Shown here one piece after another: positions 25,278 to 32,000 of a DNA stretch of 32,000 nucleotides (position 1 is the stretch's first letter; each line of letters opens with the position of its first letter). The stretch is from Pseudoalteromonas translucida KMM 520 (GTDB lineage: Bacteria > Pseudomonadota > Gammaproteobacteria > Enterobacterales > Alteromonadaceae): the NCBI RefSeq assembly GCF_001465295.1, contig NZ_CP011035.1:270001-302000 (forward strand), given 5' to 3'. A program made the translations under genes and the position numbers. The notes beneath the pieces are model-generated. The model was not told the DNA's origin. It saw only the letters and a program-made list of their open reading frames with translations, and did no database searches.

Positions 25278-27050
25278 ATGAATAACAATCAATTACTCGA
25301 GCCGGAACAACTAGACTGCCTCGAAAATAATAATGCTAAGTCGAGCCGTCCAGGCTTTGGTTTGGCATTTTATATTGCCAATATAATGGAAATTTTTGAA
25401 CGTTTGGCATGGTATGGTTTTTTTGCAGTATCTTCTGTGTATATGACTACGCCTGTTGAGCAAGGAGGGGTCGGGTTTACTGAGCCGCAGCGGGGGGCAG
25501 TGCAAGGGATTATTCCATTTTTCTTATATTTATTGCCGGTGATCACCGGGGCATTAGCAGACCGTTACGGCTATAAAAAAATGTTTGCTGTGTCGTTTAT
25601 ATTAATGGCACCGAGTTATTACTTTCTAGGCCAAGTGACACAGTTTAGTTCATTTTTTATGATCCTCTTAATGGTGGCATTTGGTGCCTCTTGTTTTAAA
25701 CCTGTGGTGGTTGGTACCATTAGTCGCAGTACTAACGATAGCAATCGGGGCTTAGGGTTTGGTATTTTTTATACTATGGTGAACTTAGGCGGTTTTATTG
25801 GCCCATTAGTCGCGGGATATTTGCGTGCAATTAGTTGGGACGCGGTATTTATTATGTCGTCAGTATGGATTTTAATTAATTTTATCCCGCTGCTGCTATA
25901 CCGCCAAGAAAGCGCAACCGCGCAGACAAAAACCAGCTTAAAGCAGGTGTTACAGCAGGCGCAGCATGTGTTAGGTAATAGCCGCTTTGCGTTATTACTG
26001 TTTGCTAGTGTGATGATCTTAATGACCGCAGGGGTGAGTTGGTTGAGCTACCCTCAGGCGTTTTCACTTATTGCGCTCTGGTTAGGGATGAATTGGTTGT
26101 GGGATAAACTACTGCTAAACCGGGATCATAATCGCTGGTATTTACAACCTGTACGTGTGAGTAACCGTAATTTTGCGCTTTACTTGGCTATCTTGACCGG
26201 TTTTTGGACTGTTTATAACCAGCTGTTTTATACCTTACCTTTGTTTATTCGTGATTATATTGATACTCAAGACCTAGTCGCGTTTATGGCTTATTTTGGT
26301 CAATCAGCCGTCGATTTTTTTGCTTATGTAGATCGCGCGGCACTGAGTGATAAATTACAACAACTCGCCGCTCACTATGCAGGTTCAGCGCCCTTAAGCA
26401 GTATTGATTTAGAAACAATCCGGCTGGAATTAGTGCATTTAAAAGTAAATGTACCTGTGGCACAAATCGCTATTTTTACTAGCGAGTTAGGCAATTACCA
26501 GTTAAATACAGAGCAAGCGCAACAACTTGCCGAACGTTGGCTTAAATACAGGCAAGTTAACCCAGAATACCTTATCAATTTAGACTTTGCCGCCATCGTA
26601 TTATTACAAATAATGGTTAGTTTAAAGTGCCAGCGGTTTAAAGTAATTTCGGTGTTGATCAGCGGTCTGATAGTGACCGCGGGCGCATTTTTATTATTGT
26701 TATTAATGAGTGCCGGTCTCTTAATGACTCAGCTCGGTGGCTTGGTTATTATTACCGTTATTTTGCTGATTGCTTTTGGCGAGATGCTTACGTCACCAAA
26801 AAGCCAAGAATATGTTGCCAGTATTGCACCAAAAGATAGTGCAGCAATGTTTATGGGGTATTACTTTGTTTCAATGGCGCTGGGCTTTTTGTTTGCTGGA
26901 TTTTTATCGGGGTGGAGTTATGGTTACTTAGTAAAAACATTACAGCGGCCCGACTTAATGTGGCTATTATTTGCTGCCATTGCGCTAATCACAGGTTTAG
27001 GTTTTTATTTATTATCAACATACAATAAAAGGGAAAAGCATGAAAGTTAA
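25278..27050 (+). CDS. POT/PTR2-family proton-dependent oligopeptide transporter with an atypical loop insertion
   Basis: POT hallmarks: EIFERLAWYG (ExxERFxYY-type), GALADRYGYKK and GASCFKPVVVG (FKP motif). About 100 extra hydrophilic residues (about aa 326-426, nt 26253-26555) lie between the helix with FWTVYNQLFYTLPLF and the helix starting VNPEYLINLD. Confidence 0.85.
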   Translation: MNNNQLLEPEQLDCLENNNAKSSRPGFGLAFYIANIMEIFERLAWYGFFAVSSVYMTTPVEQGGVGFTEPQRGAVQGIIPFFLYLLPVITGALADRYGYKKMFAVSFILMAPSYYFLGQVTQFSSFFMILLMVAFGASCFKPVVVGTISRSTNDSNRGLGFGIFYTMVNLGGFIGPLVAGYLRAISWDAVFIMSSVWILINFIPLLLYRQESATAQTKTSLKQVLQQAQHVLGNSRFALLLFASVMILMTAGVSWLSYPQAFSLIALWLGMNWLWDKLLLNRDHNRWYLQPVRVSNRNFALYLAILTGFWTVYNQLFYTLPLFIRDYIDTQDLVAFMAYFGQSAVDFFAYVDRAALSDKLQQLAAHYAGSAPLSSIDLETIRLELVHLKVNVPVAQIAIFTSELGNYQLNTEQAQQLAERWLKYRQVNPEYLINLDFAAIVLLQIMVSLKCQRFKVISVLISGLIVTAGAFLLLLLMSAGLLMTQLGGLVIITVILLIAFGEMLTSPKSQEYVASIAPKDSAAMFMGYYFVSMALGFLFAGFLSGWSYGYLVKTLQRPDLMWLLFAAIALITGLGFYLLSTYNKREKHES

Positions 27051-27141
27051 GCCGTTGCTTGTTTTTATTTCACCAGTGCATCGGCAAACTAAATAAAGTA
27101 GCGAACAGCCGCTTATTTTATATAGATTAGCGGCAGTTTTG

Positions 27142-28050
27142 TTAGCTGGTTTTTGCTTTAACCTCAGCCCATTGCGCTTGTAGCCACCTACTTAGCGTTA
27201 TTATGTCGCTTTGTTTAGCCCGTGATTTTTTATATACAAAGTAAAATTTTGTGCCGGTTTCTACTCCATACAGTGGTAGTTTAATGAGCTGATTGTCGCT
27301 CTGTGAGGCAATAAAAAAATCATCTATAAGCGTAATGCCTAAATTATAACGCGCTGCCTCGGCTGCCAATATAACGTGACTAAAGTGATTTATTTTTACA
27401 TTCGTTGGTAAGGTTAGACCGCCACTTTCACACCATTGTTGCCAATCGTCAGCAGTGCGTTGTTCTGACTCACTATATTGCACTGACAACAACGGGTGCT
27501 CCCACAGCTCATTGGGTAGCGGCTGGTTTTTTAATTGTTGCCACAGGGTTTTACCACAGGCAGGGTAGAGCTTTTCCGCAAATAAAAACTGACTCGCAAA
27601 TGCTCCTTTAGGCGGGTTGGTCGTAATAAAGCAATCAGCAACCCGCTCGCTAAAGTCAGACTCGTCAACAATCATGTTTAAGGTTAAATCAATATCGGGA
27701 TGATCGTGCTTAAAACTCTCTAAACGTGGTATTAGCCATTTTACAGCAAGTGAACTGTACAGAGCCAAACGAATGTGGCCAGGTTCACCAAAGCGAATTT
27801 TTTGCGTGGCGCTGGCTAAACTGGTTAATGAATGGCTTACTTCGTGGTAATAACGGCTGCCCGCATCGGTTAACGAAAAGCTACGACCACTGCGGTTAAA
27901 TAGCGGCTCGTTTAAATATTGCTCTAATAGTTTAACTTGGTGGCTTACGGCACTTTGTGTCACATTAAGGTGTTCAGCCGCTTTAGAAAAGCTATTTAAT
28001 CGTGCGACAACTTCAAAACATTGCACCGCACGTAATGGAGGTAATTTCAT
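27142..28050 (-). CDS. LysR-family transcriptional regulator (GcvA-like subgroup)
   Basis: N-terminal wHTH LPPLRAVQCFEVVARLNSFSKAAEHLNVTQSAVSHQVKLLE plus a LysR substrate-binding domain. It is divergent from an EamA transporter. Confidence 0.9.
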   Translation of the reverse strand: MKLPPLRAVQCFEVVARLNSFSKAAEHLNVTQSAVSHQVKLLEQYLNEPLFNRSGRSFSLTDAGSRYYHEVSHSLTSLASATQKIRFGEPGHIRLALYSSLAVKWLIPRLESFKHDHPDIDLTLNMIVDESDFSERVADCFITTNPPKGAFASQFLFAEKLYPACGKTLWQQLKNQPLPNELWEHPLLSVQYSESEQRTADDWQQWCESGGLTLPTNVKINHFSHVILAAEAARYNLGITLIDDFFIASQSDNQLIKLPLYGVETGTKFYFVYKKSRAKQSDIITLSRWLQAQWAEVKAKTS

Positions 28051-28052
28051 TA

Positions 28053-28071
28053 TTAGTTTAGCTCATACTAA
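28053..28071. promoter_or_regulatory. Candidate LysR-type box (TTAGT-N9-ACTAA interrupted dyad)
   Basis: 5-bp inverted arms separated by 9 nt, the same architecture as classical ATC-N9-GAT / T-N11-A sites. It lies in the 97-bp divergent region between the LysR gene and the EamA gene. Confidence 0.35.
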
Positions 28072-28147
28072 AAGTATTTTAATCATTATACATAATTAAA
28101 CGAATTGCTCTATGCTAGCGCCTTTAATTTGCAGGCACGGAGTAACA

Positions 28148-29023
28148 ATGCAAAAAATATCGGTTGGCTTAGGCATGACATTACTTGTGGTGGGTAACAT
28201 TATTGCGGTTTTTTCTGACGCTATAATCAAAACTTTACCAGCAGAAAGTCCCACGTTTCAGTTTGTATTTATGCGCCAACTTACCGCAGTATTAATTTTG
28301 CTCCCGTTTTGTTTGTCGGCGAATAAAAAACATTTATTTGCCGGTTTAAAATGGCATGCGGTACGCGGCCATGTATGGTTATTTGGTATTATATTTATGG
28401 TGTTTGCGCTCAAAGCTTTACCGCTCGCAACCGCGAACGCTATTTTTTATGCCGCGCCTTTATTAATGCTGCCTTTAGCAGTAATGATATTTCGTGAACA
28501 GCTAACAAAAAGCAGCATAGCTGTGGCTGTTATTGGCTTTATAGGGGTACTTATTGTTATTCAGCCTACCGACATTAATTGGGCGGCTATATTTGCATTT
28601 GTAGTCGCAATTACACTGGCGGTAAATAATGTACTAATACGAAAGTTGCCTAAACATCATAGTATTATGCAAACTTTGTTACTTACCAATTTAGTAGGTA
28701 TGCCTGTGGGATTAGGTTTGGCGCTGTGGGAAAACGAGCCATGGCATTGGGCCGCACTTATTACTGCGTTTGGCTCTACACTGTTTATTTTAATTTATGC
28801 GGGAATTTGCGTGTATGTTTATAGCAAAATCGAATCGAGCCAAGTTGCTAGCGCTGAATATAGCGGCTTAGTGGCGGCTGTCGTTGTTGGGTTATTTTGG
28901 TTTGGTGAAGTGCCTACACTTGGCTTAATAATTGGTGCATCGTTAATTATTTTACCTTTAGTGTGGTTGGCTAACGTACAAAAAAACAAACAGCGATTGG
29001 TTAAACGTCAACTCACAAAATAA
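28148..29023 (+). CDS. DMT-superfamily EamA-like transporter
   Basis: Ten hydrophobic helices in two EamA-type halves. I prefer the ATG at 28148 because GGAG lies 5 nt upstream. The listed 28112 start lacks a Shine-Dalgarno sequence. Confidence 0.85.
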   Translation: MQKISVGLGMTLLVVGNIIAVFSDAIIKTLPAESPTFQFVFMRQLTAVLILLPFCLSANKKHLFAGLKWHAVRGHVWLFGIIFMVFALKALPLATANAIFYAAPLLMLPLAVMIFREQLTKSSIAVAVIGFIGVLIVIQPTDINWAAIFAFVVAITLAVNNVLIRKLPKHHSIMQTLLLTNLVGMPVGLGLALWENEPWHWAALITAFGSTLFILIYAGICVYVYSKIESSQVASAEYSGLVAAVVVGLFWFGEVPTLGLIIGASLIILPLVWLANVQKNKQRLVKRQLTK

Positions 29024-29059
29024 ACTACTGCGCGTGGTATGTATTGCGCAGTAGTATTT
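29024..29059. terminator. Hairpin between convergent genes
   Basis: ACTACTGCGC-12 nt-GCGCAGTAGT forms a perfect 10-bp stem followed by ATTTA. Confidence 0.55.
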
Positions 29060-29095
29060 AGTCGTTTAAGCCAAATAAACAAATGTCAGTTTATA

Positions 29096-30316
29096 TTACT
29101 TTTGTAAACCAAACGGGTCGTCAATACTGTGGCTAGGCTCGGTAAACCATTTTGCACCACTGTCGGTCATATAAAAATGATCTTCTAAGCGCACCCCAAA
29201 TTCATCCGGTATAACCAGCATTGGCTCGTTACTAAAACACATGCCAGCGGCTAGTGGCGTTTTATTACCGCCTACCAAATAAGGCCATTCGTGAATATCT
29301 AAACCAATGCCGTGGCCTGTACGGTGCGGGCAACCAGGTGTTTGATAATCAGGGCCTAAACCTTGCTCGGCTAAGTAGCTGCGCGCAGCAGTATCTACGT
29401 CTTCACATGGCACGCCAATTTTTGCTGCATTGAAAGCTGCAATTTGTGCTGCTTTTTCATTATTCCAAAATTGACGTTGGCGATCTGTTGCTTCACCAAA
29501 CACATAAGTGCGGGTAATATCAGATAAGTAATCATGTACTTTACAGCCAGTATCAATAAGTACCATGTCGCCTTTTTTAAGGATTTGCGGATCTTTTACT
29601 CCATGCGGGAATGACGTTGCAAGCCCAAATAACACGATACAAAAGTAGTTACCCGGCGCGCCTACTTTTTGATGCGCTAGCTTTATAAACTCTTCTACTT
29701 CAGTGGTACTAATACCTTCGTGCAGCATGCTTGCCGTAGCTTGGTGAACCACTAAGGTCATATCCATAGCGCGTTGCATTAACGCCAGCTCATTGGCTGA
29801 TTTATGCATTCTACAATGTGCAGTAACCGGCTGAGCATTCACTAAATTTAAACCCGTTTGCGCTTTATTAATACCATCAAAAATAAAGAACTGTGCGCTT
29901 TCATCAATACCAATAGTGCCATTAGCCGCAATACCCATTTCCGTTAATATATTAACAAATAACTGATATGGGTTTTGATGCTCTTGCCAACCACGAATTG
30001 GCCCGTCAATTACTTTAAAACCATTGAGTGAGCCAATTTCAAAATAAGGAGCTATGTATTGCACTTCACCTTTAGCAGGCAAAATTGCGCCAACTAAACG
30101 CTCACTTGCATACCAACGCATACCGGTAAAATAAGCCAGGTTAGTGCCGGCATTTAAATAAATTGCATCAATGTTATTAGCTTGCATATAAGCTTGCGCT
30201 TTAGCAATGCGCGCTAAGTGTTCATCGGCCTGGATAGGGGTTAAATCGCTAGTCATATTGCTTAGGCTAGCGAGTGCTTGTTCTTTGGTTTGGGTGCCAA
30301 TACCAATTGTGGTCAT
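29096..30316 (-). CDS. M24-family metallopeptidase (Xaa-Pro dipeptidase / creatinase-like)
   Basis: Creatinase-like N-domain plus pita-bread domain with metal-ligand blocks (DMVLIDTG...DITRT, HRTGHGIGLDIHE, SNEP, LED). GGAG Shine-Dalgarno sequence. It starts 22 nt downstream of the stop of the FAD oxidoreductase gene, so they are probably one operon. Confidence 0.85.
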   Translation of the reverse strand: MTTIGIGTQTKEQALASLSNMTSDLTPIQADEHLARIAKAQAYMQANNIDAIYLNAGTNLAYFTGMRWYASERLVGAILPAKGEVQYIAPYFEIGSLNGFKVIDGPIRGWQEHQNPYQLFVNILTEMGIAANGTIGIDESAQFFIFDGINKAQTGLNLVNAQPVTAHCRMHKSANELALMQRAMDMTLVVHQATASMLHEGISTTEVEEFIKLAHQKVGAPGNYFCIVLFGLATSFPHGVKDPQILKKGDMVLIDTGCKVHDYLSDITRTYVFGEATDRQRQFWNNEKAAQIAAFNAAKIGVPCEDVDTAARSYLAEQGLGPDYQTPGCPHRTGHGIGLDIHEWPYLVGGNKTPLAAGMCFSNEPMLVIPDEFGVRLEDHFYMTDSGAKWFTEPSHSIDDPFGLQK

Positions 30317-30338
30317 AATGATCTCCTTTTTTGTGCGG

Positions 30339-31628
30339 CTATTGTGCTTGCGGTATGGATTTACTGCAAGTGGCTTGCGCCGAAAAACGATTAATACAAT
30401 AAGGTTGTAAATTAATGGGCGGGGTTTGCTCTAAACATAACGCGGTGATCAGCTCAGCGGTCACTGCGCCTTGAGTTAACCCCAAATGCTGATGACCAAA
30501 AGCAAAATAGAGATTGCTATGCTGTGGTGCGCGGCCTATCACGGGTAAAGAGTCGGGTAGTGAAGGACGACAACCCATCCACGTGCTACTTAAAGCCGAC
30601 GCGGGTGCAGACTCTCTCAGTAATGCATTCGCATGCGGTAATAAGGCCAATGCTCGTTTGTTATTCATTTTTTTATAGAGTCCTGCAAATTCAACGGTAC
30701 CGGCGACTCTTAGTCCTTGGCTCATCGGAGTCATAATAAAGCGGCGCTCGGCCGAAGCAACAGGGCGCGATAAGCCCGAGTCAATATCAAGCATGCAATG
30801 ATAGCCTCGCTCTGTGTCAAGAGGAGCATAATAACCAAGGGGTTTTAATAAATTATTGCTCCATGCCCCTGCGGCAACCACCACTTTATCACTGTAATGT
30901 TGCTGTTGTTCGCACTGCAGTAAATAGCCGGTTTTGTTTGCGTTAATAGCGGTGACATTTTGTTGGCAAAACAGGCCGCCTAATAGACTAAATTGCTCAG
31001 CTAACTGCACGCAAAATAAATGCGGATCAACACTGTGGGCAACATCTTCAAAGAATAATGCGTAGGTTACTAAAGCGCTTAAACTAGGCTCTAATGCTTG
31101 CAGCTGCTCACGATTAAGTAGCCGTACGTTTATATCTTGGGCTTGATACATGGCTAAAATGGCTTCAACTTCAACCAAAGGCGTCGCTTCAAAAGTAAGT
31201 AAACTGCCTTTTTTAGTCAATAAATGAGCTAAATTATAGTCATTGAGTAGCCGTTCGTAGGCTGCAATAGCGTGGCTATTCAGTGCTTTTAATGCTTGGG
31301 TATGGGCGCGATATTTAACCATTGGCATATTTTTTATAAATTGCCAAAACCACGGGGTTGCCTTAAGTGCATACCGCCAGTCGATCCTTAACGGGCCAAG
31401 TGGATTAAAGAGCATGCTAGGTAATTTTTTTAATAACCCGGGCTGCGCTAACGGAAATACTTGTTCGGTAGCAAAGTGTCCGGCATTACCTTTAGAGCAG
31501 CCTTGTGCTAAGCCTTGTTGATCATACAAAGTTACTGCAAAGCCAGCGCGTTGTAACTGTAATGCTGTGCAAATACCAATAATTCCAGCGCCGACCACTG
31601 CAATTTGTTGGGGAGCTTTATCCGCCAA
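30339..31628 (-). CDS. FAD-dependent oxidoreductase of the D-amino acid dehydrogenase family, candidate D-hydroxyproline/D-proline dehydrogenase
   Basis: N-terminal dinucleotide fold IAVVGAGIIGICTALQLQRAG and DadA/DAO-like length. TTG start with a GAGG Shine-Dalgarno sequence 7 nt upstream. Confidence 0.8.
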   Translation of the reverse strand: MADKAPQQIAVVGAGIIGICTALQLQRAGFAVTLYDQQGLAQGCSKGNAGHFATEQVFPLAQPGLLKKLPSMLFNPLGPLRIDWRYALKATPWFWQFIKNMPMVKYRAHTQALKALNSHAIAAYERLLNDYNLAHLLTKKGSLLTFEATPLVEVEAILAMYQAQDINVRLLNREQLQALEPSLSALVTYALFFEDVAHSVDPHLFCVQLAEQFSLLGGLFCQQNVTAINANKTGYLLQCEQQQHYSDKVVVAAGAWSNNLLKPLGYYAPLDTERGYHCMLDIDSGLSRPVASAERRFIMTPMSQGLRVAGTVEFAGLYKKMNNKRALALLPHANALLRESAPASALSSTWMGCRPSLPDSLPVIGRAPQHSNLYFAFGHQHLGLTQGAVTAELITALCLEQTPPINLQPYCINRFSAQATCSKSIPQAQ

Positions 31629-31843
31629 AATAGTTTACCTCATATGTAAATAAACAATACTTAACAGCGTAATTTAATACCACGTTTAGATTATATTGCT
31701 GTTGTGGTGATATGAATTTAAAAAAATCAGTTTGTTTTAAATTAAACAATTGTGATTAATTTCAGTTGGTTAAGTTTTTTCATTAATGATTGGATTAGGT
31801 CAAAAAGCACATTTATCAAACAAACTGAAATTAGCATATTGAT

Positions 31844-31859
31844 TATTGTATACAATATA
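31844..31859. promoter_or_regulatory. Candidate operator TATTGTATACAATATA (contains perfect 14-bp palindrome TATTGTATACAATA)
   Basis: The perfect palindrome spans 31844-31857. It lies about 45 nt upstream of the DapA-family ATG, in the divergent region shared with the FAD oxidoreductase/M24 operon. It matches 25232-25247 at 15 of 16 positions. Confidence 0.5.
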
Positions 31860-31900
31860 CCTATGATATCAAGCGTAAACTTCAATCAGGAAAAATAATA

Positions 31901-32000
31901 ATGAAAGTAAATTGGCAGGGCGTTTACCCCGCAGTAACTACGCAATTTAATGCAGACAACGCCATTAACTTTGCAGCAACCGCGAAAATGATTGATGAAC
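31901..32000 (+). CDS. DapA/DHDPS-family lyase, 3' end outside the window (candidate pyrroline-4-hydroxy-2-carboxylate deaminase)
   Basis: MKVNWQGVYPAVTTQFNADNAINFAATAKMIDE matches the family N-terminus (G..PA..TPF..D..ID......I). AGGA Shine-Dalgarno sequence 9 nt upstream. Only 33 codons are visible. Confidence 0.55.
   Translation, partial: MKVNWQGVYPAVTTQFNADNAINFAATAKMIDE

Noticed and set aside
27108-27141. GCCGCT-15 nt-AGCGGC hairpin followed by agTTTTG after the POT gene.
   Set aside because: The 6-bp stem with a 15-nt loop is marginal for an intrinsic terminator.
228-30736. Short ORFs from the six-frame track that overlap larger genes on the opposite strand or in another frame: 228-428, 5014-5199, 5782-6006, 9243-9437, 10279-10503, 10907-11119, 11465-11692, 11905-12129, 13807-13989, 13959-14180, 14459-14647, 14662-14976, 15617-15997, 18625-18822, 21023-21271, 21391-21609, 21492-21812, 21805-22065, 24561-24794, 24846-25040, 25311-25505, 27405-27611, 30207-30410 and 30524-30736.
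   Set aside because: Each lies inside, or mostly inside, a longer ORF with clear family motifs. Their translations are low-complexity or compositionally odd with no recognisable motifs, so they are typical shadow ORFs.
1-32000. Search for CRISPR arrays, tRNA/rRNA/tmRNA genes, integrases, toxin-antitoxin pairs, restriction-modification systems or other anti-phage defence gene signatures.
   Set aside because: I found no spaced direct-repeat arrays and no cloverleaf-like or rRNA-like segments in the intergenic gaps. No ORF has nuclease, ATPase, methylase, reverse-transcriptase, TIR or SIR2-type motifs. The only mobile-element trace is the roughly 90-nt ISAs1 stub.

Overview
The window reads as AT-rich (about 40% GC by eye) chromosomal DNA from a marine gammaproteobacterium. 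The proteins look Pseudoalteromonas/Alteromonadales-like, but that is inference only. It is densely coding, with about 26 genes, mostly carbohydrate and peptide catabolism plus stress genes. In order:

- a partial DsrE-like gene
- a frameshifted SGNH/GDSL hydrolase
- a CSS-sensor/EAL c-di-GMP phosphodiesterase
- a lipoprotein
- a trehalose locus: TonB-dependent receptor, LacI-family regulator, MFS permease and cytoplasmic trehalase, with two copies of a TGCAAACGNTTGCA palindrome in the promoter regions
- a roughly 90-nt remnant of an ISAs1-type transposase gene
- rraA
- a yddG-like DMT exporter
- a katB-ankB-like pair (secreted haem catalase plus secreted ankyrin protein)
- a HAD hydrolase
- a non-PTS mannitol locus: unusual 573-aa permease, mannitol 2-dehydrogenase-family enzyme and PfkB fructokinase
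- a short CstA-family transporter
- a cupin-only ChrR-like protein
- a STAS/SpoIIAA-like protein
- an 828-aa lipoprotein with a gluzincin HEXXH-X18-E motif, divergent from a POT peptide transporter carrying a roughly 100-aa loop insertion
- a LysR regulator divergent from an EamA transporter
- an M24 Xaa-Pro peptidase, an FAD D-amino-acid-dehydrogenase-family enzyme, and the start of a DapA/DHDPS-family gene (a hydroxyproline-catabolism signature)

The most interesting observation is a near-identical 16-mer: TATTGTATGCAATATA at 25232-25247 and TATTGTATACAATATA at 31844-31859. It sits in both divergent promoter regions of the peptidase/POT pair and the hydroxyproline-type genes. This suggests one undescribed regulon for proline/hydroxyproline-rich (collagen-type) peptide use.

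I found no rRNA, tRNA, CRISPR array, intact mobile element, prophage or recognisable anti-phage defence system. I cannot support a claim that the window holds a wholly new multi-gene system beyond the regulon hypothesis and the uncharacterised proteins flagged in the findings.
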